Part shown: piece after piece, positions 40,701 through 50,900 of the stretch
Layout of the letters: the number at the start of each line of letters is the position of its first letter
Position numbering within the stretch: the first letter of the stretch is position 1
From: Ranitomeya imitator
Taxonomy: Eukaryota
Direction of reading: 5' to 3'
Assembly: GCF_032444005.1 (NCBI RefSeq)
Contig: NC_091290.1
Location: 133,176,001 to 133,240,000 of the forward strand
DNA: 64,000 bases
Notes under the pieces: model-generated
Database searches by the model: none
Told to the model about the DNA's origin: nothing
What the model saw: the letters and a program-made list of their open reading frames with translations, nothing else
Translations under genes and position numbers: made by a program

Positions 40701-43700
40701 GTCGGGAAGTTCGCTTGCTCCAGGGTTCTCGGCTCCCCTCCTTTCCAATGGGCCTTAAAGGCCCTAAGGAGGTTGGTTGCAACATCGGAAGCAATTTTCC
40801 CTTCGCCCGTTTCATTCAAGACTTCTTCAGCAGGCTATTCTATCACAGGGGACAGGTCTGTCTTCTCCCTGCATCGTCCGATCCGGTTTTCTCCCGGGTC
40901 AAATGGTTCCTCGACTGGTGGCCGAGGTCACTTCTCTTATCCCAGAGTAGATCCTTCTCAGCATATCCTTCCTTCCAGTTCCCTGGCAGGTGGTGACGAC
41001 GGGCGCCAGCCCCCTCGGCGGAGGCGCGGGGCTTTGTCTCCTGTTCTTTCAGGGTTGTTGGTCGGCGCAGGAGTCCTCTTTGCCGATCAATGTTCTCGAG
41101 TTCCGGATCATCTTTCCGTCTTGCCTTCACTGGGTAAGGATTCTCAGCAGCCTGCCAATTCGAACCCAGACAGACAATGACACAGCAGTGGCATACGTCT
41201 ACCACCAGGGGTGGACTCGGCGTTCTCTGGCCTCGGCCGAGATTCCAGGATCCTCCTTTGGACAGAGGCAACGGTCCTGGTGAGCTCCGCAGTGCATGTC
41301 CCCGGCGTGGACATTTAGGCCGCCGACTTCCTCGGCTTCGAAGGCCTCGCGGCAGGGGAATGGTACTTCAGGAGGTTTCCCGTCGGATTGCTCTTCGATG
41401 GGGGACTCCAGAGGTGGACCTCATGGCGTCCCGATTGAACAGGAGGTCCCTCGGGTCGGCCCAGGGTCCCGTGATCCTCTCACAGTGGTGTTGACATTTT
41501 GGTCATTCCTTGGTCGCAGTTCCTGCTCCCCTATCGGTTCCCACCCCTTCCCTTGCTTTCCAAGCTGTCGAAAAAGATCAAGGCGGGATGGGTGCCGGTC
41601 ATTCTGATCGTCCCGGTTTGACCCTGGAGGTCTTGGTTTGCAGACATCGTCAATCTTCTCGCGGACACCCCTGGTGCCTTCCAAACAGACCCGATCTGCT
41701 GTCTCAGCGCGTGGCTGTGGACTCCACTGTTTTAAGAGTGTCCGGCCTTTCGGCCCGGATGAGTCACACTATAACCCAGGCTAGGAAGCCTTTGTCTTCT
41801 TCCAGGATCTACTATTGTACCTGGAAGGCTTACTTTCGCTGATGCGAGTCCAACCGCTTTTCACCTATGTCCTTTTTCCCTGCCTTCCATTTGGTTTTCC
41901 TTCAGGCAGGACTGGATTCGGGCTTCGCTCTCAGTTCCCAAAAGGGCCAGGTTCCTGCGCTCTTCTTCCCTTTAAGAAGACTTTATCTCCTCAGCCACAG
42001 GTTAAGACCTTCCTTCAAGGAGTAGTCCACGCTGTCCCTCCGTTCAGGGCCTCTGTGGATTCATGGGATTTAAAGGTTGTGTTGGTTGTTCTTAGGGGTT
42101 CCCCCCTTTGAGCCTCTCAGGGAGTTTTCCCTGTCAGTTCTATCTCAGAAGGTGGCTTTTCTCAGGTCCATCTCTTCGATCCGCCGCGTTTTTGAGTTGA
42201 CGGCCATTTCCTGCTACCTCCTTTCTTGATTTTTCCACCAGGATAAGGTGGTCCCAGGCCTCCGCCTTCCTTCCTTTCTCGAGGTGGTTTTCATCTTTCC
42301 ACCTCAACGAGGACTTCGTTCTACCTTCCTTTTTGTCCAGCTCCGACTCATCCTCTGGAGCGATCGTTGAACAGGCTGGACCTCGTCAGGGCAGTGAAGA
42401 TCTCCCTGGCTAGCACGGCCGCTTTCCGACAGATGGATTCTCTTTTCGCCATCCCTGATGGCGTGCGTAGAGGCCTGCCGGCTTCCAAGGCAACGATTGC
42501 TCGCTCGATCAGAATGGCAATTTTGGAAGCTTACCGGGTCAAGCACAGAGGGCCCCCTCCTGAGATGAAGGCTCACTCTACCCGGGCAGTCGGCGCTTCC
42601 AGTGCGGTACGTCACAGGGCTTTCGCCGACGGCTTTGCAAAGCGGTAACCTGGTCTTCCATCCACACGTTTCGCCGAACTACGGCGGATTCCAGCCTGGG
42701 CAGAAGGATCCTGCAGGCGGCAGTGGTGAGTCCTCTGACCTGATGGAAGTCTGTTTTTTCCCACCCCAGGGACTGCTTTGGGACGTCCCATGGTTCCTGT
42801 GTCCCCCAATGAAAGGCGATAGAGAAAACAGGATTTTTGGTTGCTTACCGTAAAATCTGTTTCTCGGAGCCTTCATTGGGGGACACAGCACCCTCCCAAG
42901 TTGAACAGCTCTGTTTACTGTCTACGTTTGAGTTCTTTGAACACTCTGAGTGTTTGAAGCTGTTAATCTGTGAAGCGCCATGGATTTTGTTGGCGCTATA
43001 TAAAGTTTATTATTATATTATTCTTTCTCTTTTACACGTTGCTTCTCCTACTGCTTTCTCACTAACTGAAGATCCTACTTCCTGTCGGTGGGGTGTACAC
43101 TGCAGAGGAGGAGCTAACTTTTTATTTGCATAGTGTCAGCCTCCTAGTGGCAGCAGCATACACCCATGGTTCCTGTGTCCCCCAATGAAGGCTCCGAGAA
43201 ACAGATTTTACGGTAAGCAACCAAAAATCCTGTTTTTAGTGATTTTTAGACGCCGCCGCACTTCCTGCTGGGTTAAGCAGGTGACATTTAATGGGGAATT
43301 TTTGTTATCACTGATCATTTTGTCTGCCATGGAATTTTCTTGTGTAAATACTGATGAAAAAAAGTCATTTAGCATATTGGCTTTTTCCTCATCCACCATT
43401 TCACCCAGACTATTTTTAAGGGGGCCAACACTATCATTTTTTAGTTTCTTACTATTTATGTAGTTAAAGAATATTTTGGGATTATTTTTACTCTCTCTGG
43501 CAATGAGTCTCTCTGTCTCAATCTTTGCTGCCTTGATTTGCTTTTTACAGAATTTATATAATTTTTTGTATTTATTTAGTGCCTCATCACTACCTACTTC
43601 CTTTAATTCTCTAAATGCTTTATTTTTGTCACTTATTGCACCCCTTACAGCTCTATTTAGCCATATTGGTTTCCTCCTATTTCTAGTATGTTTATTCCCA

Positions 43701-46700
43701 CACGGTATATACTGTGCACAGGTCCTATCCAGGATGCTAATAAATGTCTCCCATTTTCTTTGTGTATTTTTGTGTCTCAGGATATCGTCCCAGTTAATTG
43801 CACCAAGATCCTCTCTCATCCGTTGAAAATTTGCCCTCCTGAAGTTTAGTGTCCGTGTAACCCCTCTATTACACATCTTATTAAAGGATACATGAAAACT
43901 TATTATTTTGTGATCACTATTCCCCAAGTGACCCCCTTATATTTGATATGCGGTCTGGCCTGTTGGTTAATATTAGGTCTAGCAGTGCCCCCCTTCTTGT
44001 TGGGTCCTGAACCAGTTGTGAAAGGTAATTGTCTCTCATAGTTGTCAAAAACCGATTACCTTTGCTGGAACTGCAGGTTTCTGTTCCCCAATCTATTTCA
44101 GGGTAGTTGAAGTCCCCCATAATAATGACTTCTCCTTGAGTCGCAGCTTCATCTATTTGCTTTACGAGGATATTCTCCATTGCTTCCATTATTTTTGGAG
44201 ACTTATAACAAACCCCTATCAGTAATTTATTATTTTTTTCCCCCCTCCCCTTATCTCCACCCACAGGGACTCTACATTTTCATTAGATTCACCTATATTA
44301 TCACGCAGGATGGGTTTTAAGGATGATTTTACATATAAACACACCCCTCCCCCTAACATTTAATGGCCGTCTCTTCCATACACAGGATCACTCGCTCGGC
44401 CGGTCGCTCCTGTAATCTCTAGGAGAAAGCTGCCGACAAACATCTCTGCCGGTGACTTCACTCAGGGATTTCGAAATTGGACATGTCTGATCCACATCTC
44501 CCCCGACAATCAGTCACACTCCGATATCAACAGGTTCAGCCGGCAGTCTGTGTATGGGGTCGCCGGCCAAACCTGTTTATATCAGGGTAAAGTTGAGGGC
44601 CCCGTAAATATTAGAACAGTGTTCCCCAACTCCGGTCCTCAAGAGCCACCAACAGGTTTTCAGGATTTTCTTAGTATTGCACAGGTGATAATTCCACCAT
44701 GATCTGTTGGTGGCTCCTGAGGACCTGAGTTGGTGAACAGTGGTCTAATGTGTATGGGGCCACCCAAACAATTCAGAAAAAAAGAATTCCTGAAGAGGTT
44801 TTATGTTTGAAAAAAAAGAGTCTCTTGAAGGCTCAGTGTGCACATGGCCCTAGAATCAGAGGCGTGTGGCTTATGTGACCCTCCTCAGTATTCCCCCGTC
44901 GGGCTGTGACTGATGGATCCCGCTCCTGGCAGACGGTTTCTGTTCCAGAAACAAACTTGTAGCACATTTCCCATTCATATATCGAGAGTCCCTTTAATTC
45001 GTGTAACAATGACAGCTGTAAAAGTGCCCCCTGCAGGGGCCGTCACCCGCTCAGACATGTGAATCAGGCCTTATATTTGGCCACTTACCAGCGAGGTCTT
45101 CTGCGCCGCCTGCCTGGGGTTCAGCCGGGCCAGCCGGACTTCATATGCAGCCCGGAGCTTCTGGTTCTGTATGGACGCCTCTTCTAGGGGTGTGAGCTCC
45201 CTGGTAACAGACACATCATTACTGGGCTGCTCCTCTGACCGGGAGGATTTCGGGGTACTCACTTTCTAGACCTCTGGACTTCAGCTGCCCTCAGCATTTG
45301 GAAAACCTCTGGTGTTGGAAAAGCTCCGAGCTTCTGAGCCTCATCTGAACAAGCTCGTCGGTGCCCATAGTGATGGCTGGGAGCCACCGGTGACGTCACA
45401 GAGGTGGTCGGGGAAGGAGTGGACGAGGCGCTCGTAGTCTTTATAGTAGATGGCGGATCGGGGAATTCAGAAATACGATTTTCCGGTGACTGTAACTTAA
45501 TATCCAATTTACCTAAAACAGAAATCATGACTGGACTAAGGATTGTTACAGTGTATCAGCGACGCGTATCTACTCAACTAAAATCCCAGCGCAAAGCTCT
45601 GACCTTCCCTGATACATTGTAACAAACCCTCAGCTTAGGAGGGAAGCGAAATAATCAGATTCAGGTCTCTGCATTCATTTAGTTTCCAGACACCTATATA
45701 CAGAGGCTGGAGGCAGAGAGGTCTCACCCAGCTTGTCCGCCGTCATCCGTGCCCTCTCGAGACATTGTTCTGCCAACTTCAGCATCTTCTGGGAGTCCGG
45801 GCTCAGGGCCTCATTTACTGGTCAGGACAGAAAAATTAGAGTGTATAAGATGCTTCTACTTTAAAAATAAAAATCTAAATACATTTTTTTCCCTTAATCT
45901 CAACTCTGACCACACGATGGCGCCATTCTAGTGGCATTAATTAGATGGAGCGCAGCTTACCTTTCTGCTCGGCTTCCTCAGCCAAGATTTGGGAAATGAA
46001 GCTCACGCCCCTGAGGTATTCCACATAGGCTTCCTGTAAAAAAGCAAGAAAAAAAAAATTTACATAATTATTTTTTTTTATTTACACAGTTCGATTTATT
46101 ATTGTGTAGTGCTTTGGGATAAAAATTTATCTGCAGATTAGTTAATAAATGCAGTAATCTGTGTAGATAAAAAAGAAATAATTTAAAAAAAAAACACTAG
46201 TCAGAATTGTGTTTTTTTTTTGTTTGTTTGTTTTTTTGCCATTTCAACGCACTTGGAATTTTTTTTTCCGGACATTTTATGGCAAAAGTGAATTTGTAAC
46301 TAAAACTCATCCTGCGAAAGAAATAGGTCGGCATATATGGACAAAAAGAAAAAAAATAATAAAGTTATGGCTTTGTGGAAAATAATGAAAAATGTTTGTA
46401 TTCCTGTAGCGCCACCACAGGTGGAGTGAGGTATTACACTTTTACAGTAAGTAATATATGGCAATATATATATATATATATATATATTATAATATATCAC
46501 TTCTGTGGCTGGAATGCGACTAATGGCGGTGGCATCGTCTCCTCCGCCGCGCTCTACGTGGAGCCCGGACCAGAAGAACAGGTAGGAATACGAGTCTGGG
46601 CGGAGGGTGGAATTAGCAGATGGGAGTTGGCACTGACCCCTTTCTGGTGCAGCTTCTCCTGTATATCTGGCGCTGGATGCAGCAATCACCGTCCTGCTTC

Positions 46701-47514
46701 TGCACCGTGTGATTATATCTCAGCGAGGGGCAATGTGAAATACTGATCCCACCAATCTGGCATCAATCACTAAACTGGAAATGTGATCAGTAAGGAGCAC
46801 CCCGGTATTATAAGGCGGACCCCCGATGATCACCATCACCCGCCTGCTGGAAGCCCCAGAGAAGAGCAGACATTAACCATATAACGTGCACCGGAGGGGT
46901 CCCGACACAGTTCTGTGCAACGCTCTGCATGCGCTCGTGTTTCCTAAGCGACAGCTGGGGGTCTCCGGACCACAGACCCCCCACTAATTTGCATGCAATA
47001 AAAAAAATTAAAAAAAGTACAAGTTTGGTGTCGCCGCACTCGCACTGAGCTGCAGAATCTCGCCGGCAAAATATTCTGACCGTACAATGAACGCTGGAAA
47101 AACCAAACCCCCATAAACTATGGATAAAGGGGTTTTGTTTGTTGTTTTTTTCACCTTTTCATGCCTTTTAGCTTTACCCCCCCACCCCCGGTACATTATA
47201 TGTTAAAATGAATGGAGCCGGTGACTATTACAACTCATCCAGGGAAAATCAGCTTGTTATTCGGCCAGAGAGATGTAAATATAAAAAACTGATAATTCAG
47301 AGGGGGAAAAAAAAGAAAGTGCAGAATGAGAAAGGAAGGGGTTAACCCTCTGTGGCCGCTGATGGTGGTGGACATATGTTCTAGGTGTTGCAGGGTCTGA
47401 CAGCCCCCCGCCCCAGCTCACCCGGTGCCGGTTCCCGGTGTCCAGCTGGATGGCTCTGTTCGCCAGTTTCATCGCCCTCTGTAGCGGCTTCAGCCCCGCG
47501 TCTGACGAAGCCAT
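25782..47514 (-). CDS. VPS9D1: VPS9 domain-containing protein 1, 651 aa
   Basis: 15 exons (minus strand): 47514-47422, 46033-45961, 45817-45728, 45512-45263, 45200-45089, 32520-32458, 32304-32252, 32180-32093, 30409-30324, 30125-29671, 29353-29224, 28984-28794, 27704-27638, 26484-26380, 25881-25782; total 1956 nt, in frame. Motifs [45 protein letters not shown], and VPS9 core [14 protein letters not shown]...[24 protein letters not shown]. Confidence 0.95.
28030..28345. repeat. About 49-bp tandem repeat (6-7 copies) in VPS9D1 intron 12
   Basis: CCAGGGTTCTCCAACCTTCCTAGACCTGGCGGTACTCCATGGCAACTGA variants. Confidence 0.82.
31146..31530. repeat. 46-bp repeat, tandem copies followed by inverted copies
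   Basis: CCACTTCTATGGGGGCAGTGGTGTAAC... at 31146, 31192, 31238 and 31275; reverse-complement copies (CCCATAGAAGTGGA) at about 31355 and 31490. Confidence 0.75.
35609..35936. mobile_element. T2/Kolobok-type MITE, almost wholly palindromic, TTAA target duplication
   Basis: TTAA|AGGGACTCTGTCACCTGAATTTGGCGGGACTGG ... CCAGTCCCGCCAAATTCAGGTGACAGGTTCCCT|TTAA. The two arms of about 160 bp are near-perfect reverse complements. Confidence 0.85.
36355..36703. mobile_element. MITE with about 15-bp TIRs (PIF/Harbinger-like by inference) inside the CR1
   Basis: AGGCTATGTGCACAC ... GTGTGCACATACCCT, flanked by TA/TTA. Internal TGCGGA/TCCGCA repeats in both orientations. The CR1 sequence resumes on both sides. 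Confidence 0.75.
40050..41300 (+). pseudogene. DIRS reverse transcriptase/RNase H remnant (frameshifted, with deletions)
   Basis: Motifs are split over frames in ORFs 40051..40347, 40446..41180 and 40990..41283. The YxDD region is eroded (IFPDILTV). Confidence 0.8.
41750..42700 (+). pseudogene. DIRS tyrosine recombinase remnant
   Basis: ORF 42367..42648 RLDLVRAVK...[18 protein letters not shown]...[11 protein letters not shown] carries the H-x-x-R catalytic motif. Upstream and downstream parts are frameshifted. Confidence 0.85.
44617..44742. mobile_element. Short hAT-like MITE remnant
   Basis: CAGTGTTCCCCAACTCCGGTCCTCAAGAGCCACCAACAG ... CTGTTGGTGGCTCCTGAGGACCTGAGTTGGTGAACAGTG. The interior resembles the 10030 element. 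No clear TSD. Confidence 0.55.
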
Positions 47515-47962
47515 GACGGACGAATCAACTATGGGAACATCCAGCATCCGGAACTCTTATGCCGAGTCTCAGGTGTCCACCCGGAATGTAAACAATTACT
47601 GCACAATCCGGAATACATTAACAGCGGACCAGCCAAGAGACGAGCAAATGTTCACAGCGCCAACTAGCGGCCGGAAGATAAAATAGCAATTCCTATTGAA
47701 TAGAAATGACTAATTAGTATGAAGTATCGTGACAGTCATGATATAAAATAAGGAGGAATAAAAAATAACGTGATGTGGAGAGAGGAGGATTTATTTGTGA
47801 CACGCTTTATTTCTGAGCTAAACCTGTTATGATGGTACATGGTGTGAATGTACTACCCACACGTAACCACCAGAGGGAGACAAGCGCAGCGGTAGTACTG
47901 AGGAGGAGTCCCCGGGCTGGATGGCGGCTCCCGGGCTCCCGCTTGGGGGGTGAGGCCGCGGA
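47515..47962. promoter_or_regulatory. Bidirectional promoter between head-to-head VPS9D1 and ZNF276
   Basis: Only 448 bp separate the two divergent ATGs. Four CCGGAA (ETS/GABP core) motifs at 47548, 47581, 47608 and 47671. Confidence 0.7.
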
Positions 47963-50900
47963 ATGAAGCGGGACAGGCGCGGGCGGAGCACGTCCTATCA
48001 CCGGAGGGCTTCCCGGGCTACGGCGAAGGAAAGGACCCAAGTGCCCAGACTGCCCCCGACAGAGCCCAGAGCGGGTAAGGAACGGGAGTGACCGGAGAAA
48101 CGAGCCCAGAGCTGCTGCAGAACCTCTTATCGGGATCAGTAATGTAATGTATGTACACAGTGACTGCACCAGCAGAATAGTGAGTGCAGCTCTGGGGTAT
48201 AATACAGGATGTAACTCAGGATCAGTAATGTAATGTATGTACACAGTGACTGCACCAGCAGAATAGTGAGTGCAGCTCTGGGGTATAATACAGGATGTAA
48301 CTCAGGATCAGTAATGTAATGTATGTACACAGTGACTGCACCAGCAGAATAGTGAGTGCAGCTCTGGAGTATAATACAGGATGTAACTCAGGATCAGTAA
48401 TGTATGTACATAGTGACTGCACCAGCAGAATAGTGAGTGCCGCTCTGGAGTATAATACAGGATGTAACTCAGGATCAGTAATGTAATGTATGTACACAGT
48501 GACTGCACCAGCAGAATAGTGAGTGCAGCTCTGGAGTATAATACAGGATGTAACTCAGGATCAGTAATGTAATGTATGTACACAGTGACTGCACCAGCAG
48601 AATAGCGAGTGCAGCTCTGGGGTATAATACAGGATGTAACTCAGGATCAGTAATGTAATGTATGTACACAGTGACTGCACCAGCAGAATAGTGAGTGCAG
48701 CTCTGGGGTATAATACAGGATATAACTCAGGATCAGTAATGTAACGTATGTACACAGTGACTGCACCAGCAGAATAGTGAGTGCAGCTCTGGGGTATAAT
48801 ACAGAATGTAACTCAGGATCAGTAATGTAATGTATGTACACAGTGACTGCACCAGCAGAATAGTGAGTGCAGCTCTGGAGTATAATACAGGAGGTAACTC
48901 AGGATCAGTAATGTAATGTATGTACACAGTGACTGCACCAGCAGAATAGTGAGTGCAGCTCTGGGGTATAATACAGAATGTAACTCAGGATCAGTAATGT
49001 ATGTACACAGTGACTGCACCAGCAGAATAGCGAGTGCAGCTCTGGGGTATAATACAGGATGTAACTCAGGATCAGTAATGTAATGTATGTACACAGTGAC
49101 TGCACCAGCAGAATAGTGAGTGCAGCTCTGGGGTATAATACAGGATATAACTCAGGATCAGTAATGTAACGTATGTACACAGTGACTGCACCAGCAGAAT
49201 AGTGAGTGCAGCTCTGGGGTATAATACAGAATGTAACTCAGGATCAGTAATGTAATGTATGTACACAGTGACTGCACCAGCAGAATAGTGAGTGCAGCTC
49301 TGGAGTATAATACAGGAGGTAACTCAGGATCAGTAATGTAATGTATGTACACAGTGACTGCACCAGCAGAATAGTGAGTGCAGCTCTGGGGTATAATACA
49401 GAATGTAACTCAGGATCAGTAATGTAATGTATGTATACAGTGACTGCACCAGCAGAATAGTGAGTGCAGCTCTGGAGTATAATACAGGATGTAACTCAGG
49501 ATCAGTAATGTAATGTATGTACACAGTGACTGCACCAGCAGAATAGTGAGTGCAGCTCTGGGGTATAATACAGGATGTAACTCAGGATCAGTAATGTAAT
49601 GTATGTACACAGTGACTGCACCAGCAGAATAGTGAGTGCAGCTCTGGAGTATAATACAGGATGTAACTCAGGATCAGTAATGTAATGTATGTACACAGTG
49701 ACTGCACCAGCAGAATAGTGAGTGCAGCTCTGGGGTATAATACAGAATGTAACTCAGGATCAGTAATGTAATGTATGTAAACAGTGACTGCACCAGCAGA
49801 GTAGTGAGTGCAGCTCTGGAGTATAATACAGGATGTAACTCAGGATCAGTAATGTAATGTATGTACACAGTGACTGCACCAGCAGTATAGTGAGTGCAGC
49901 TCTGGGGTATAATACAGCATGTAACTCAGGATCAGTAATGTAATGTATGTACACAGTGACTGCACCAGCAGTATAGTGAGTGCAGCTCTGGAGTATAATA
50001 CAGGATGTAACTCAGGATCAGTAATGTAATGTATGTACACAGTGACTGCACGAGCAGAATAGTGAGTGCAGCTCTGGAGTATAGTACAGGATGTAACTCA
50101 GGATCAGTAATGTAATGTATGTACACAGTGACTGCACCAGCAGAATAGTGAGTGCAGCTCTGGGGTATAATACGGGATGTAGCTCAGGATCAGTAATGTA
50201 ATGTATGTACACAGTGACTGCACCAGCAGAATAGTGAGTGCAGCTCTGGAGTATAATACAGGATATAACTCAGGATCAGTAATGTATGTACACAGTGACT
50301 GCACCAGCAGAATACTGAGTGCAGCTCTGGGGTATAATACGGGATGTAGCTCAGGATCAGTAATGTAATGTATGTACACAGTGACTGCACCAGCAGAATA
50401 GTGAGTGCAGCTCTGGGGTATAATACAGGATATAACTCAGGATCAGTAATGTATGTACACAGTGACTGCACCAGCAGAATACTGAGTGCAGCTCTGGGGT
50501 ATAATACGGGATGTAGCTCAGGATCAGTAATGTAATGTATGTACACAGTGACTGCACCAGCAGAATAGCGAGTGCAGCTCTGGGGTATAATACATGAGGT
50601 AACTCAGGATCAGTAATGTATGTAGACAGTGACTGCACCAGCAGAATAGTGAGTGCAGCTCTGGAGTATAATACAGGATGTAACTCAGGATCAGTAATGT
50701 AAGGTATGTACACAGTGACTGCACCAGCAGAATAGTGAGTGCAGCTCTGGGGTATAATACAGGATGTAACTCAGGATCAGTAATGTAATGTATGTACACA
50801 GTGACTGCACCAGCAGAATAGTGAGTGCAGCTCTGGGGTATAATACAGGATATAACTCAGGATCAGTAATGTATGTACACAGTGACTGCACCAGCAGAAT

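Larger units (their letters stand above)
37158..43227 (+). mobile_element. DIRS1-type tyrosine-recombinase retrotransposon, full length, coding regions degenerate
   Basis: Identical 126-bp inverted terminal repeats at 37172-37297 and 43064-43189. Right-end extension 43190-43227. ICR at about 42788-42888 is complementary to both ends. RT remnant ([11 protein letters not shown]; SNLFLL..RP..DL.LLNK), RNase H remnant ([15 protein letters not shown]), methyltransferase-like motifs ([13 protein letters not shown]; YRFPP) and YR remnant ([11 protein letters not shown]). No TSD. Confidence 0.93.
35343..44345 (-). mobile_element. CR1-type LINE, 5'-truncated, internally deleted, interrupted by three insertions
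   Basis: Endonuclease remnants ([28 protein letters not shown]; SDHKIISF) at 43228-44345. RT remnants ([34 protein letters not shown]; [23 protein letters not shown]) at 35940-37157. 3' tail (CTATGTTAC on the minus strand) near 35343. Confidence 0.9.

Noticed and set aside
37667-42853. Numerous 65-244 aa ORFs as host genes or as an active retrotransposon
   Set aside because: Fragments of a frameshifted DIRS element; no intact RT catalytic motif or full-length YR.
43208-44264. 239- and 115-aa ORFs as cellular genes
   Set aside because: CR1 ORF2 endonuclease/linker remnants. The ends of the ORFs are contributed by the DIRS junction or a frameshift.
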